Source: Candidatus Moranbacteria bacterium RIFOXYB1_FULL_43_19 (lineage in GTDB: Bacteria > Patescibacteriota > Minisyncoccia > Moranbacterales > UBA11712). Taken from it: 64,000 nucleotides of DNA. Positions 48,216 to 58,341 of the stretch are shown here, piece after piece. The translations under genes and the position numbers were made by a program. Within the stretch, counting starts at the first letter, position 1. Each line of letters begins with the position of its first letter. Below the pieces are notes generated by a model. The model searched no databases. It saw only the letters and a list, made by a program, of their open reading frames with translations, and had not been told where the DNA came from. Location: positions 47,933 through 111,932 of the forward strand of contig MFSH01000015.1 in assembly GCA_001784875.1 (NCBI GenBank), in the 5' to 3' direction.

Positions 48216-49634
48216 ATGAAAAAGTCCGAACTATTTTTCGCGATACTGCTTGTCCCGGTTGATTTCATCATGATAATCGCGGCTTCCGTCCTCGCTTTTT
48301 GGTTTCGTTTCACCCCCAACATAATTGAAATAAAACCCGTCCTGTTCGATTTTCCTTTTGAGTCATATCTCAAGGTCGCGATTCTTGTCGCGCCGTTTTT
48401 TTTGCTGATTTTTGCTCTTGAAGGCCTATATTCGCTCAAATCCACTCGTGTTTTTTGGAAGGAATTCATCAAAATTGTTTTTTCAGTCACCGTGGGTGTC
48501 ACCTTTGTCGTTCTTTTGATCTTTCTCCAACGAGAATGGTTCTCTTCGCGTTTTGTCATTCTAACCGGCTGGCTCCTGGCGATAATTCTAATCACAATAT
48601 CCCGATATGTCATAAACTTTATCCAAAAACTTCTTCTTGTTTACAAAGGCATTGGTGTCCACCGGCTGGTGCTCATCGGGGAGGGAGGTTACTGCGACAC
48701 AATCTGTCATGAATTCAAAAACAAGCCCGACTTCGGATATCGGATAGTTTCGAAAGAAAAAAAAATAGATCTTGATTCTCTGAGGCTTCTTCAAAAGACG
48801 AAAGGAATTGATGAAATTCTCATCTGCGATCCCAATCTAACCATGAGGGATCTTCGCCAAGTGAGCGATTTTTGCCATCGCAAAAGGATTGAATTCAAGT
48901 TTGTTCCAGCCATTCTTCAGTCAATCAGCACAAATTTTGAAGTGAAGGTTCTTTTTGACGAGCCCCTTATACTTATAAAAAACACCCCTCTTGAAGGATG
49001 GGGAAAAATAGCCAAAAGAATTTTTGACATTTTCGGTTCGATTCTGGGGATTATCGTTACTTCGCCAATCACGATTTTCACGGCGATTGCGATCAAGCTT
49101 GATTCCAAGGGGCCGATAATTTTCAAAAATGAGCGAGTAGGCCACGAAGGAAATTTCAACGTCTATAAATTCCGTTATATGAAAATGGAATATTGCACCG
49201 GATCTCAGAATCCCAATTTCAAAAAAGCTCTTGAGCTTGAAAATGAACTCATAGAAAAGCAAAGCGTCCGCCGGGGCCCGCTCTATAAAATAAAAAACGA
49301 TCCCCGAAAAACCCGGGTAGGAAGAATCATCGAAGCGCTCTCAATTGACGAGCTTCCTCAGCTCTGGAATGTTCTCAAGGGGGAGATGAGCCTCGTTGGT
49401 CCACGTCCCCATCAGCCGCGGGAAGTCGAAAAATATGAAACCTGGCAAAAAAGAGCTTTGTCCGTGAAACCCGGAATCACGGGACTGGCGCAAATATCCG
49501 GCCGCTCCGATCTTTCTTTTTCCGACGAGGCGCGCCTCGATATCTACTATATCGAGAACTGGTCGCTCTGGCTCGATATCCAAATTATCTTCAAGACATT
49601 TTTCGTACTGCTCAAAAAAAGAAAGAATCTGTAA
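48216..49634 (+). CDS. Polyprenyl glycosylphosphotransferase (WcaJ/WbaP family)
   Basis: KRIFDI, YKFRYM, DELPQL.NVLKGEMSLVGPRP, KPGITGLAQ. Confidence 0.95.
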   Translation: MKKSELFFAILLVPVDFIMIIAASVLAFWFRFTPNIIEIKPVLFDFPFESYLKVAILVAPFFLLIFALEGLYSLKSTRVFWKEFIKIVFSVTVGVTFVVLLIFLQREWFSSRFVILTGWLLAIILITISRYVINFIQKLLLVYKGIGVHRLVLIGEGGYCDTICHEFKNKPDFGYRIVSKEKKIDLDSLRLLQKTKGIDEILICDPNLTMRDLRQVSDFCHRKRIEFKFVPAILQSISTNFEVKVLFDEPLILIKNTPLEGWGKIAKRIFDIFGSILGIIVTSPITIFTAIAIKLDSKGPIIFKNERVGHEGNFNVYKFRYMKMEYCTGSQNPNFKKALELENELIEKQSVRRGPLYKIKNDPRKTRVGRIIEALSIDELPQLWNVLKGEMSLVGPRPHQPREVEKYETWQKRALSVKPGITGLAQISGRSDLSFSDEARLDIYYIENWSLWLDIQIIFKTFFVLLKKRKNL

Positions 49635-49643
49635 AAAATATCC

Positions 49644-50237
49644 ATGTTCCAACATCCTTCTCAAGAGCTGGTTCATATCCTTTCTCTTTGGGGCTATCCC
49701 ACCATGCTTCTTCTTATGACGCTTGAGGGGCCGGTTGTAACCATAATCGCGGCCTTTTTGGCTTCAATTGGTTATTTCAACGTCTTCGCCGTTTTCGGAT
49801 TGAGCGTGGCGGGAGATGTCATCGGGGACGTTGTACTCTACTCCATCGGATATTTCGGGGGACAAAAAATTCTTCCCAAAGTTGAAAAGCTTTTGAAAGT
49901 CAACCAGTCCACCGTTGATAAATTGAAACAGAAGTTTCACGAAAACAGCGGGAGAATAATTTTCTACGTGAAATCCACTACGGGACTTTCCTATATCACC
50001 TTTATCACGGCTGGAACGCTCAAGATGCGCCTTTCGAAATTCGTCAAATTTTCCATTCTTGGCGGGCTGGTCTGGAGCTCTATGCTGGTTGCGGTCGGTT
50101 ATTTCTTCGGATACGCGGCGGACCGCATCAGTGAATATATCAAATACGCGGGGTATATCATTTTTGCCGCCGCGGTGATTTTTTTTGTCGGATTGGGGTG
50201 GTACAAAAAAAGGCAGGCGAGGGAGATTTTGGAGTAG
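49644..50237 (+). CDS. DedA family membrane protein
   Basis: EGP...AAFLAS, GD..LY.IG..GG, AG.LKM...KF. Confidence 0.88.
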   Translation: MFQHPSQELVHILSLWGYPTMLLLMTLEGPVVTIIAAFLASIGYFNVFAVFGLSVAGDVIGDVVLYSIGYFGGQKILPKVEKLLKVNQSTVDKLKQKFHENSGRIIFYVKSTTGLSYITFITAGTLKMRLSKFVKFSILGGLVWSSMLVAVGYFFGYAADRISEYIKYAGYIIFAAAVIFFVGLGWYKKRQAREILE

Positions 50238-50383
50238 TTTCGTGCTGATAATTTTGTGAGTTCTCACTGCAATTAGTTGCAGTGGGTATTTTTTTAAAAA
50301 ATTGACAAATTTCGCGTTTTGTCGCAAGCTACAAAGAATTCCTTAAAAAATGAATAAAAATTCCCCGCGAGGAGGGTGGAAAA

Positions 50384-51352
50384 TTGAAGATTATTGCGAC
50401 TTCAGATTGGCATGAAACTCCCTTTAAAAAAGATAAATTCAAAACCCAAAAGCCGAATTGGATCGAAAAGATCATCATTTGGCTCACGAGCAGCCAGAAA
50501 AAGCTGCAGCGGATATTCGTCCGAATGACTGAAGTCATTCGGGAGGAGAAGATTGAAATCGTCATTCATAACGGGGATCTCATGGAAAATCCTCAAAATG
50601 AGCAAGGTCTCGTGACTCGAGAAGGAATACAAACTGCCAAACAAATACGCCGGTCTTTTTGCTGGGAAAATCATGTTCACATGCAAATAAATGCCGGCAA
50701 TCATTGCCTGGGATACAGGTTACCGCTTTCCACTGACCCTGAAGGAGGCATAAGTCTTGCCAGTATAAAAGGATTTCAAGAATTGACGGGTACGCACGGA
50801 GAATCTCTTTGCCGCTTATTCAACTACAAAGGTCATTCATTCGTTTTTGTTCCCTTTGGGTTGGTTCAAGAATTCGCAAAAGATTTCGACATCGAGGAAT
50901 TCAAGGCAATCATAATAAACGACCTTTGGAATATCTTTCAGGGTCTGGGAGAAAGAAAAATAATTCTTTTCCTTCATGATCCGGAAGCCCTTGCAAATGA
51001 CGACTTATACCGGGTCATTCGGCGACATCAAAACAAAATCAGGCACGTTTTCTGCGGGCATTGGCATGCCGCTTGGAGCTTCTGGTCGAATTGGCTGCTG
51101 GCAAAAATCTTCAACAACTGGTGGCTATATCCCGATGATCTGTTTGTCCGCTTTCTTCTTCTACTGCTCTCAAAAAGTTTGAGGATATCCGGCGAAGTAA
51201 AGCGAAGCTTCAAGCGCTTTAAAGACGTTCCTGCGCGAATGCGAGAGCTGGGGGTTACAATTATACCGGCCCCGCTCGGGATGTTGGGATTTGGAGGAGG
51301 ATTTCTGACCTTGGATATGGAGACTATGGAAATTCAAAAATTTTCAGCGTGA
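50384..51352 (+). CDS. Calcineurin-like metallophosphoesterase
   Basis: SDWH, NGDLME, GNH, LH, GHWH; GGAGG upstream of TTG start. Confidence 0.85.
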   Translation: MKIIATSDWHETPFKKDKFKTQKPNWIEKIIIWLTSSQKKLQRIFVRMTEVIREEKIEIVIHNGDLMENPQNEQGLVTREGIQTAKQIRRSFCWENHVHMQINAGNHCLGYRLPLSTDPEGGISLASIKGFQELTGTHGESLCRLFNYKGHSFVFVPFGLVQEFAKDFDIEEFKAIIINDLWNIFQGLGERKIILFLHDPEALANDDLYRVIRRHQNKIRHVFCGHWHAAWSFWSNWLLAKIFNNWWLYPDDLFVRFLLLLLSKSLRISGEVKRSFKRFKDVPARMRELGVTIIPAPLGMLGFGGGFLTLDMETMEIQKFSA

Positions 51353-51384
51353 GCATTGTCGAGGTCCCACCTCGATGTCTTACA

Positions 51385-51413
51385 GGGCCTGTCGGTGGCG
51401 GCAGGCCTTTTTT
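51385..51413 (+). terminator. Intrinsic terminator
   Basis: GGCCTGTCG-GTGG-CGGCAGGCC followed by a T run. Confidence 0.75.
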
Positions 51414-51498
51414 ATTGCCAAAATTCCCCAAAAAAGCTACAATTCACTTGAAATATTCGCAATTCGCTCAAAATCGTATATTCGTATAGATTCGCCCG

Positions 51499-51601
51499 CC
51501 TGCTTTGAAATGCTTTTCTGTAGCAGAGTATTAATCAAAAATAAGTAGTCAAATATATCGCTCGAATAAGCATTGAATAAATTCAAAGCATTTCGGGCAG
51601 G
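51499..51601. mobile_element. MITE-like element with CCTGC...GCAGG ends
   Basis: CCTGCTTTGAAATGCTTT / AAAGCATTTCGGGCAGG, embedded in an ATTCG repeat tract. Confidence 0.5.
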
Positions 51602-51619
51602 TAATTCGTTGAGAATTTC

Positions 51620-52723
51620 ATGAAAATAGCCTTAGTCCACGATTATCTCGTCCAATACGGCGGGGCGGAAAGAGTGCTCGAATGTTTCACGGAAATTTGG
51701 CCGTATGCGCCGATTTATACGCTGATTTACGACGAGGAAAAAACGCATGGTATATTCAAAGGGAAGAGAATTTATACGTCATTTCTCCAAAAGTTTCCCT
51801 ATGCGCGCGCCAACCACCGCGTTTTTCCGCCGCTGATGCCCCCGGCCATCGAGCAGTTTGATTTTTCAAAATACGACATTGTACTTTCTGACTCTTCAAG
51901 CTATGCCAAAGGCGCCATCACAAACCCACAGACGCTTCATATCTGCTACTGCCACACGCCAATGAGATATGCCTGGGACGACTGCCAGAAATATATCGAA
52001 GAATTTGGCTTTCCCCGCTTCGTCAAAAAAATGGTTCCTTTTTTCATGAACTATATCCGGATTTGGGATAGGGTCAGCGCCGATCGGCCGGATGAATACA
52101 TCGCCAATTCCAAATTTGTCGCCGGTCGGATAAAAAAATATTATAAAAAAGATTCCCATGTCATAAACCCGCCCGTGGACGTCAAAAAATTTTATATCAG
52201 CGAAAAGACCGGAAATTATTTTTTGATGGTAGGGCGCCTAATGACCTACAAGCGCTTCGATATTGTCATCGAAGCCTTCAATCGGCTTGGCTGGCCTCTC
52301 AAAATAATCGGCCGGGGGCCTGACTTCAAGAGGCTTCAGAAAATGGCCAAAGAAAATATTGTTTTTATGGGAAGGCTTAGCGACGAAGAGCTGGCTAAAA
52401 CATATTCCGAAGCCAAAGCTTTTATCTTTCCACAAGAAGAAGACTTCGGAATTGTTGCCATTGAAGCCATGGCCGCGGGTAAGCCGATAGTCGCTTTTCA
52501 CGGCGGCGATATTGTGGAGCACGTGGCGGACAAAAAAGAGGGAATATTTTTCGAAGAGCAAACGGCTGATTCCCTGATCGGCGCTCTCAAAAAATTTGAA
52601 CCCGAAAAATTCGATGCCCGGAGAATAAGAGAAAAAGCGCTTCCGTTTGACAGGGAAATATTTAAGAGTAGAATAAAACAATACATAGAAAATGGCTTGA
52701 GTAAGCATAAAAACAGATTATAA
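51620..52723 (+). CDS. GT4 glycosyltransferase
   Basis: HDYL.QYGGAERVL, EEDFGIVAIEAMAAG. Confidence 0.93.
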   Translation: MKIALVHDYLVQYGGAERVLECFTEIWPYAPIYTLIYDEEKTHGIFKGKRIYTSFLQKFPYARANHRVFPPLMPPAIEQFDFSKYDIVLSDSSSYAKGAITNPQTLHICYCHTPMRYAWDDCQKYIEEFGFPRFVKKMVPFFMNYIRIWDRVSADRPDEYIANSKFVAGRIKKYYKKDSHVINPPVDVKKFYISEKTGNYFLMVGRLMTYKRFDIVIEAFNRLGWPLKIIGRGPDFKRLQKMAKENIVFMGRLSDEELAKTYSEAKAFIFPQEEDFGIVAIEAMAAGKPIVAFHGGDIVEHVADKKEGIFFEEQTADSLIGALKKFEPEKFDARRIREKALPFDREIFKSRIKQYIENGLSKHKNRL

Positions 52724-52809
52724 GCCGTAAAGCAATTCGTAATTGGAAATTTGTAATTTGGATATATTTTTATCCCAGTTACTGATTGCGAATTGCAAAT
52801 TATAATTTT

Positions 52810-53430
52810 ATGGAACTTCGAGAATATTATAAAATTTTAAAATCAAATATCTCAGTTGTTATGTATGCAACTCTTATCACTGTTGTGATTGTTTATGCTT
52901 GGTCAGTCCGACGATCAGAGACTTTTTCTGCCTCATTTCTTTTGAGTGTTGGCCGATTAGCCAGCCAGGACACGGCTGATTACCGGTATGACCAGTTTTA
53001 TCGTTTTCAGGCTGACGAAAAATTTGCTGAAACCATAGTCCAGTGGCTTTCTTCTCCAGGAGTGTCGAAAAGCATTCTTGACAAGGCCGAAGTAAAATCC
53101 GATGGAAAAACAATCCGCCAGCTTTCAAAAAGCTTCCGGGCGGAAAAAATTTCAAGTAGCCTGGTCGGCGTCCGCTACGGGACCCAATCGGAAGATGAAG
53201 GGAAAAAACTGGCTGTTGCCATATCTTCTCTTGTGTTAGACAAGACGAAAAATATGAATTCGGAGGCGCGAGACCCAGATTGGTTTTCAGTCGATATGGC
53301 AAATCTGATTGTTGCAAAAAATACCCAGGACTTGAGGATAAATCTGGGGCTCGCGGCGCTTTTCGGAATTTTCATTGGTTCGCTCCTGGCTTTCGGGAAA
53401 CATTATATTTCGGACGAAACAGAAAAATGA
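52810..53430 (+). CDS. Wzz/CpsC-like polysaccharide chain-length protein
   Basis: MELREY start, two terminal TMs around an extracytoplasmic loop; glycosyltransferase context. Confidence 0.7.
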   Translation: MELREYYKILKSNISVVMYATLITVVIVYAWSVRRSETFSASFLLSVGRLASQDTADYRYDQFYRFQADEKFAETIVQWLSSPGVSKSILDKAEVKSDGKTIRQLSKSFRAEKISSSLVGVRYGTQSEDEGKKLAVAISSLVLDKTKNMNSEARDPDWFSVDMANLIVAKNTQDLRINLGLAALFGIFIGSLLAFGKHYISDETEK

Positions 53431-54566
53431 GAATTGGAATTGATTTGAGATGTCTTGAGGAGGAAAAAATATCCGGAGTGGGGGAATACGCGCTGGAAAT
53501 TGTTCGAAATCTGCTCGAGATTGACCGGGAAAACCAGTACGTCATTTTTTCAAATTCGTTCAAAGAGAAAGGCAAAAATTTCAGTTTTCTTGAAAATTAT
53601 CCCCACGTCAAGGTAAGCCGGTTTCGGTACTCCAATAAACTGCTTAATTTGCTCCTTTGGTATTTTGGCTGGCCGAAACTGGACGAACTCATTGGGGACG
53701 CAGATATTTTTTTTGCGCCGAATATCAATTTTCTCGCAGTCTCCAAAAATTGCAAACTAGTCACGACTTTTCACGACCTTTCCTTTGAAAGATTTCCGGA
53801 ATTTTTCACGGCTAAAACCCGCCTTTGGCACTTTTATTTCGTCAATCCCCGCCGGATTGCCCAAAGATCAAATCGAGTCATTGCTGTTTCCCGCTCAACC
53901 AGAAATGATCTTAATGAAATCTACAAAATCGATGCCGGGAAGATAAGCGTTATCCAGCATGGAGTAAGCGAGGACTACAAGATTATCAGCCGCAATGATT
54001 CCAAAATGCTCGAAGTTCAGAAAAAATATAGCCTGCCTTACAAATTTATTTTATATCTAGGAAATATTGAGCCGAGAAAAAATATTGAATCCTTCGTGCG
54101 GGCCTTCAGCAAACTTCAAAAAGATGATCCGGCTTTGAGAAAATACAAGCTCGTTTTGGTCGGAAAAACCAGCCCGCTTTGCGAAGATATGGCGGCAAAA
54201 AATGATATTTTGGCTGTTGGATATATTGACCGTGAAGACAGGCCCTTTGTCTATAATCTGGCTTCACTTTTTGTTTACCCGTCTTTCTTCGAAGGCTTCG
54301 GGATGCCGGTTCTTGAAGCCATGGCTTGCGGAACACCAGTGATTGCTTCAAATAATTCCTCAATTCCGGAAATAGCTGGAAAATCAGCCTTGATGATAAG
54401 TCCAAACCGTTCGGATGAATTATGCAAAGCCATTCGAAATATATTAAGTAACGATAAATTGTATAACAGATTGCGCGAAAGAGGGCTAAAGCAGTCAAAA
54501 AATTTCAGCTGGAAAAAGTGTGCTGAAAAAACATTAGAAATTTTCAAAGATATCCATAACTCATAA
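53427..54566 (+). CDS. GT4 glycosyltransferase
   Basis: MRIGID, HDL, EPRKN, EGFGMPVLEAMACG. Confidence 0.93.
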   Translation: MRIGIDLRCLEEEKISGVGEYALEIVRNLLEIDRENQYVIFSNSFKEKGKNFSFLENYPHVKVSRFRYSNKLLNLLLWYFGWPKLDELIGDADIFFAPNINFLAVSKNCKLVTTFHDLSFERFPEFFTAKTRLWHFYFVNPRRIAQRSNRVIAVSRSTRNDLNEIYKIDAGKISVIQHGVSEDYKIISRNDSKMLEVQKKYSLPYKFILYLGNIEPRKNIESFVRAFSKLQKDDPALRKYKLVLVGKTSPLCEDMAAKNDILAVGYIDREDRPFVYNLASLFVYPSFFEGFGMPVLEAMACGTPVIASNNSSIPEIAGKSALMISPNRSDELCKAIRNILSNDKLYNRLRERGLKQSKNFSWKKCAEKTLEIFKDIHNS

Positions 54567-54616
54567 TCTCCGCTCGAGGCGAATCTCGCCGAAGGCAACC
54601 GTATTTTCTCATTTTT

Positions 54617-55798
54617 ATGCGAATCGGCATTGACGCCCGTTTTTTCGGGTCAATTGGGAAGGGTCTTGGAAGATATACCCAAAAACTGATAGAAAATCTG
54701 GAGAAGATTTCCGCCCAAGGCGGACCAGCTTCTGGCTGGGATAATCAATACTACATTTTTTTGCGCAAGGAAAACTGGGACGAGTATCATCCCAAAAGGG
54801 CAAATTTTTTGAAAGTTCTGGCGGATATTCCCTGGTACGGCTTTCGGGAGCAATTTCAGTTTCCGAAGCTACTCGAAAAATTCGATCTTGATCTTGTTCA
54901 TTTCCCTCATTTCAATGTACCCTTTTTCTACAAAGGAAAATTTGTCGTGACAATCCATGATCTCATTCTTTTTCATTATCCGACCAAACGAGCCTCTACT
55001 TTGTCTGCTTTTTTGTATTTTTTCAAAAAGATAGCTCATCGGCTGGTTATCAGGCGCGCAGTCAAAAAATCAGAAAAAATATTTGCCGTTTCCCGCTATA
55101 CAAAGAATGACATAAGAAAATATTTCGGGATATCCGAAGAGAAAATCGAAGTCACTTATGAGGCTTTTGATCCTGTCCAAAAAAAAACGCATGAGCCCGT
55201 CGGGAAGATTCTCAAAAAGTATGGTATAATAAAGCCGTACATATTGTATGTGGGGAACGCCTATCCTCATAAAAATCTCGAGAGGCTTGTTTTGGTTTTT
55301 CGGGAGATTATCAAAAAACATCCCCATCTTCACTTGATCTTTGTGGGAAAGGAAGATTACTTCTACAAGCGCTTAAAAAAATACGTCTCTCAAAAATCCG
55401 CAGGGAATGTGATATTTGCCGATTATGTTTCTGACGAACATTTGGCTACGGTTTATCACGAAGCTCTCCTTTACGTCTTCCCGTCTCTTTATGAGGGGTT
55501 TGGCCTTCCGCCCCTCGAGGCTATGGCTGAAAATGTTCCGGTGGCGAGCTCGAATAGATCGTGCCTGCCGGAAATACTCGGAAAAGCAGCAATATATTTT
55601 GACCCCCAAGCAATGGCCGAAATGGAGGAAATAATCGAGCGGGCCGTCTCTGACAAAGAGCTTCGGCATGATCTTATCCGGGAAGGAAAAAAACAGATAA
55701 AACAATATAGCTGGGAAGATATGGCTAGAAAGACTTTTGATATATATTCAAGAGTTGGATCACAAAAAAATAAATGCCAATACGGAAACGGATACTAA
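54617..55798 (+). CDS. GT4 glycosyltransferase
   Basis: MRIGIDAR, TIHDL, PHKN, EGFGLPPLEAMA. Confidence 0.93.
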   Translation: MRIGIDARFFGSIGKGLGRYTQKLIENLEKISAQGGPASGWDNQYYIFLRKENWDEYHPKRANFLKVLADIPWYGFREQFQFPKLLEKFDLDLVHFPHFNVPFFYKGKFVVTIHDLILFHYPTKRASTLSAFLYFFKKIAHRLVIRRAVKKSEKIFAVSRYTKNDIRKYFGISEEKIEVTYEAFDPVQKKTHEPVGKILKKYGIIKPYILYVGNAYPHKNLERLVLVFREIIKKHPHLHLIFVGKEDYFYKRLKKYVSQKSAGNVIFADYVSDEHLATVYHEALLYVFPSLYEGFGLPPLEAMAENVPVASSNRSCLPEILGKAAIYFDPQAMAEMEEIIERAVSDKELRHDLIREGKKQIKQYSWEDMARKTFDIYSRVGSQKNKCQYGNGY

Positions 55799-58341
55799 AA
55801 CAACTTTATGATGTGAAGCCGACTAGGGCAGATGGCTCTTTAGATTTGGAAAAAATTGAGGGAGCCGGGAGAATCGTGCGAATCGAAAGAAAAATTTTTC
55901 CGGAGAAAAAAAACTTGTATCGGAAAATAAGCGATGTGAGAAAATCCGCCGGTTTTTCCTATAAAAGTTCTCAACTTCCCAAAAAAATTGATCCGGAAAA
56001 GAAAAAAGAAAGCTTTCCGGAGCCAGTGGAAGCGCGGCGGGCAAACATAGTCCAGTTGGGAAAAAAAGTATCCAAAGTATCCGAGGACAACATATCCATT
56101 TCCAGAGTTTATGTTCCGACAGTTTTTCATGACAAAAAAACGGAAGACCAGAAGACTATTGAAGAAAGATTTGACCTCGAACCCAATGACTTTTTTGCTT
56201 GTGAAATTCAAAAAAAGGAAGCTGAATTCGAAAAGCCGAAAACTTCATCTGCGGCTGACATATCGAAGTCAACCGAAAATTTGCTTGGTTCTCTCGAGAA
56301 CCGGAAAAAGAAAAAAAGAAAAAAACTTCGGTTCCGGAAAATTTTTTCAAAAAGCACTCTTCCGGCAAATCTTTTTTCCAACTCCTTTGCTTTTGTTGCG
56401 ACAATCCTTCTTTTTTCTTTGGTAATTCCGTCTTTTGCTCTTGTCCAGAAGGGCCTTGAGACAAAAAAAATGCTCTCTGAATCAGGAGAGAATATTTTGG
56501 GAGAGCTGGCCGTCGCCCAGGAGAATCTTTCCAGCGGCCGATTTGAAAACGCCTCTTCAAATCTTGAGCAGTCTTATGAAATTTTGAAAAATGCGAACAG
56601 CGAAGTTTCAAAAATCGGAGGAGATTTCAGCCAGATTCTGAGGTTCATTCCGGGTGTTTCAAAGGTGGCCACGGCCAATTATCTTCTGGACGCGGGAGAA
56701 AATATTTCACTTGCCGGAAAAACAATCATTGACTCGGTAAAATCGTTGGCAAATATCGAAAATCCTCTGAGCGGCGAAGAAAATGTATCCCTAGCTGAGC
56801 TTTTTTTGAATTTGCGCGGAGGAATCCAGGAGGCCACGGGCAAACTCGAAACGGCAAACGAAGATATAAAAAAGGTCAACTTTGAAGACCTTCCTTCGGA
56901 AATCCAGCCAAAATTCCTTAGCCTCAAAGAAAAACTGCCCGTCGTCATTTCCAGCCTCAATTCTTTTTCTGAAAATTCGAGCATAATCCTGGATGTGCTT
57001 GGCTACAACGGGCCGAGAAAGTTTCTTTTCCTTTTCCAAAACAACCAAGAGATGAGAGCGACAGGAGGCTTCATCGGGAGCTACGGCATCCTCGATATAT
57101 CAGACGGGAGGATCAAAAAGCTTTTTGTTGACGATATATATAATCCTGACGGACAGCTTACCGCCCGAGTGATTCCTCCTGAACCAATCCAGAAAATGAG
57201 CGCCGTTTGGACGATGCACGACGCCAACTGGTTTCCGGATTTTCCGACTTCGGCCGAGAAAGTAGCCTGGTTTTACGAAAAAACAGGCGGACCGACAGTA
57301 GACGGGGTGATCGCCATGACTCCCAGCGTCATTGAAAAAATGCTTTCTGTCACCGGGCCGATCGATATGCCGGAATACGGCGCTACCGTTGACAAAGATA
57401 ATTTCGCTGAAATTGCCCAATACGAAGTTGAGGTTGACTATAACAAAGAACAAAACCAACCGAAGAAATTTATTGCCGATCTCACTCCAGAAATTCTTGA
57501 TAAGCTGATCAATACCAAAAATCCCAAAATGATGCTCGAGACGCTCAACATTCTCAGCTCAGCCCTCAAGGAAAAACACATCCTCGTTTATTCAAAAAAT
57601 TTCAATGTCCAAAAAATGATCTCGGACCAGGGCTGGTCGGGAGAGGTTTTGAATTCAAGCAAAGATTACATGAGCGTCATAAATTCAAACATCAACGGTT
57701 ACAAAACCGACGCCGTGATTGAAGAAACAATCGAACACAAGGCTCAAATCGGAGAGGACGGCGGCATTGTCGACGAAGTGACCATCACCCGGCGTCACAA
57801 CGGAGGAAATAAAAAATATGACTGGTGGAACAAAGTGAACGGAGATTGGGTCAGGGTCTATGTTCCGGAAGGGTCAAAGCTTCTCGAAGCCAGCGGGCAA
57901 ACCCGCGAGTTTGTCAGCGCGCCGCTTGACTACCAATCTCTCCAGTTCAAAAAAGATCCCCAAGTCCAAAGCATTGAAGAGGAAACAAAAGTGGACGAGG
58001 CCAGCGGAACGAGAATATATTCCGAAAACAGGAAAACGGTATTTGCAAACTGGGTTTATGTGAGCCCCGGAGAGACAACGGTTTTGAAATACAAATACCA
58101 GCTTCCCTTCAATCTTTCATTCGACGACCTTCACCACCCGGCAGACTCGTATTCAATCCTCTATCAAAAACAATCCGGGAGTATCGGGAGCAGTTTGAGT
58201 TCTCTGATAACCTTTCCAAACGACTACAAAATCATCTGGAAGTATCCGAATTCGTCAGAAATGAACGGCAATGAAATGACGCTCAAAACAAAACTGGAAA
58301 CAGACAAATTTGTCGGCTTCGCGGTTGAAAAAACACGATGA
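55774..58341 (+). CDS. DUF4012-domain membrane-anchored protein
   Basis: QNNQEMRATGGFIGSYG, DANWFPDFPTSA, DGVIA. Confidence 0.85.
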   Translation: MPIRKRILKQLYDVKPTRADGSLDLEKIEGAGRIVRIERKIFPEKKNLYRKISDVRKSAGFSYKSSQLPKKIDPEKKKESFPEPVEARRANIVQLGKKVSKVSEDNISISRVYVPTVFHDKKTEDQKTIEERFDLEPNDFFACEIQKKEAEFEKPKTSSAADISKSTENLLGSLENRKKKKRKKLRFRKIFSKSTLPANLFSNSFAFVATILLFSLVIPSFALVQKGLETKKMLSESGENILGELAVAQENLSSGRFENASSNLEQSYEILKNANSEVSKIGGDFSQILRFIPGVSKVATANYLLDAGENISLAGKTIIDSVKSLANIENPLSGEENVSLAELFLNLRGGIQEATGKLETANEDIKKVNFEDLPSEIQPKFLSLKEKLPVVISSLNSFSENSSIILDVLGYNGPRKFLFLFQNNQEMRATGGFIGSYGILDISDGRIKKLFVDDIYNPDGQLTARVIPPEPIQKMSAVWTMHDANWFPDFPTSAEKVAWFYEKTGGPTVDGVIAMTPSVIEKMLSVTGPIDMPEYGATVDKDNFAEIAQYEVEVDYNKEQNQPKKFIADLTPEILDKLINTKNPKMMLETLNILSSALKEKHILVYSKNFNVQKMISDQGWSGEVLNSSKDYMSVINSNINGYKTDAVIEETIEHKAQIGEDGGIVDEVTITRRHNGGNKKYDWWNKVNGDWVRVYVPEGSKLLEASGQTREFVSAPLDYQSLQFKKDPQVQSIEEETKVDEASGTRIYSENRKTVFANWVYVSPGETTVLKYKYQLPFNLSFDDLHHPADSYSILYQKQSGSIGSSLSSLITFPNDYKIIWKYPNSSEMNGNEMTLKTKLETDKFVGFAVEKTR

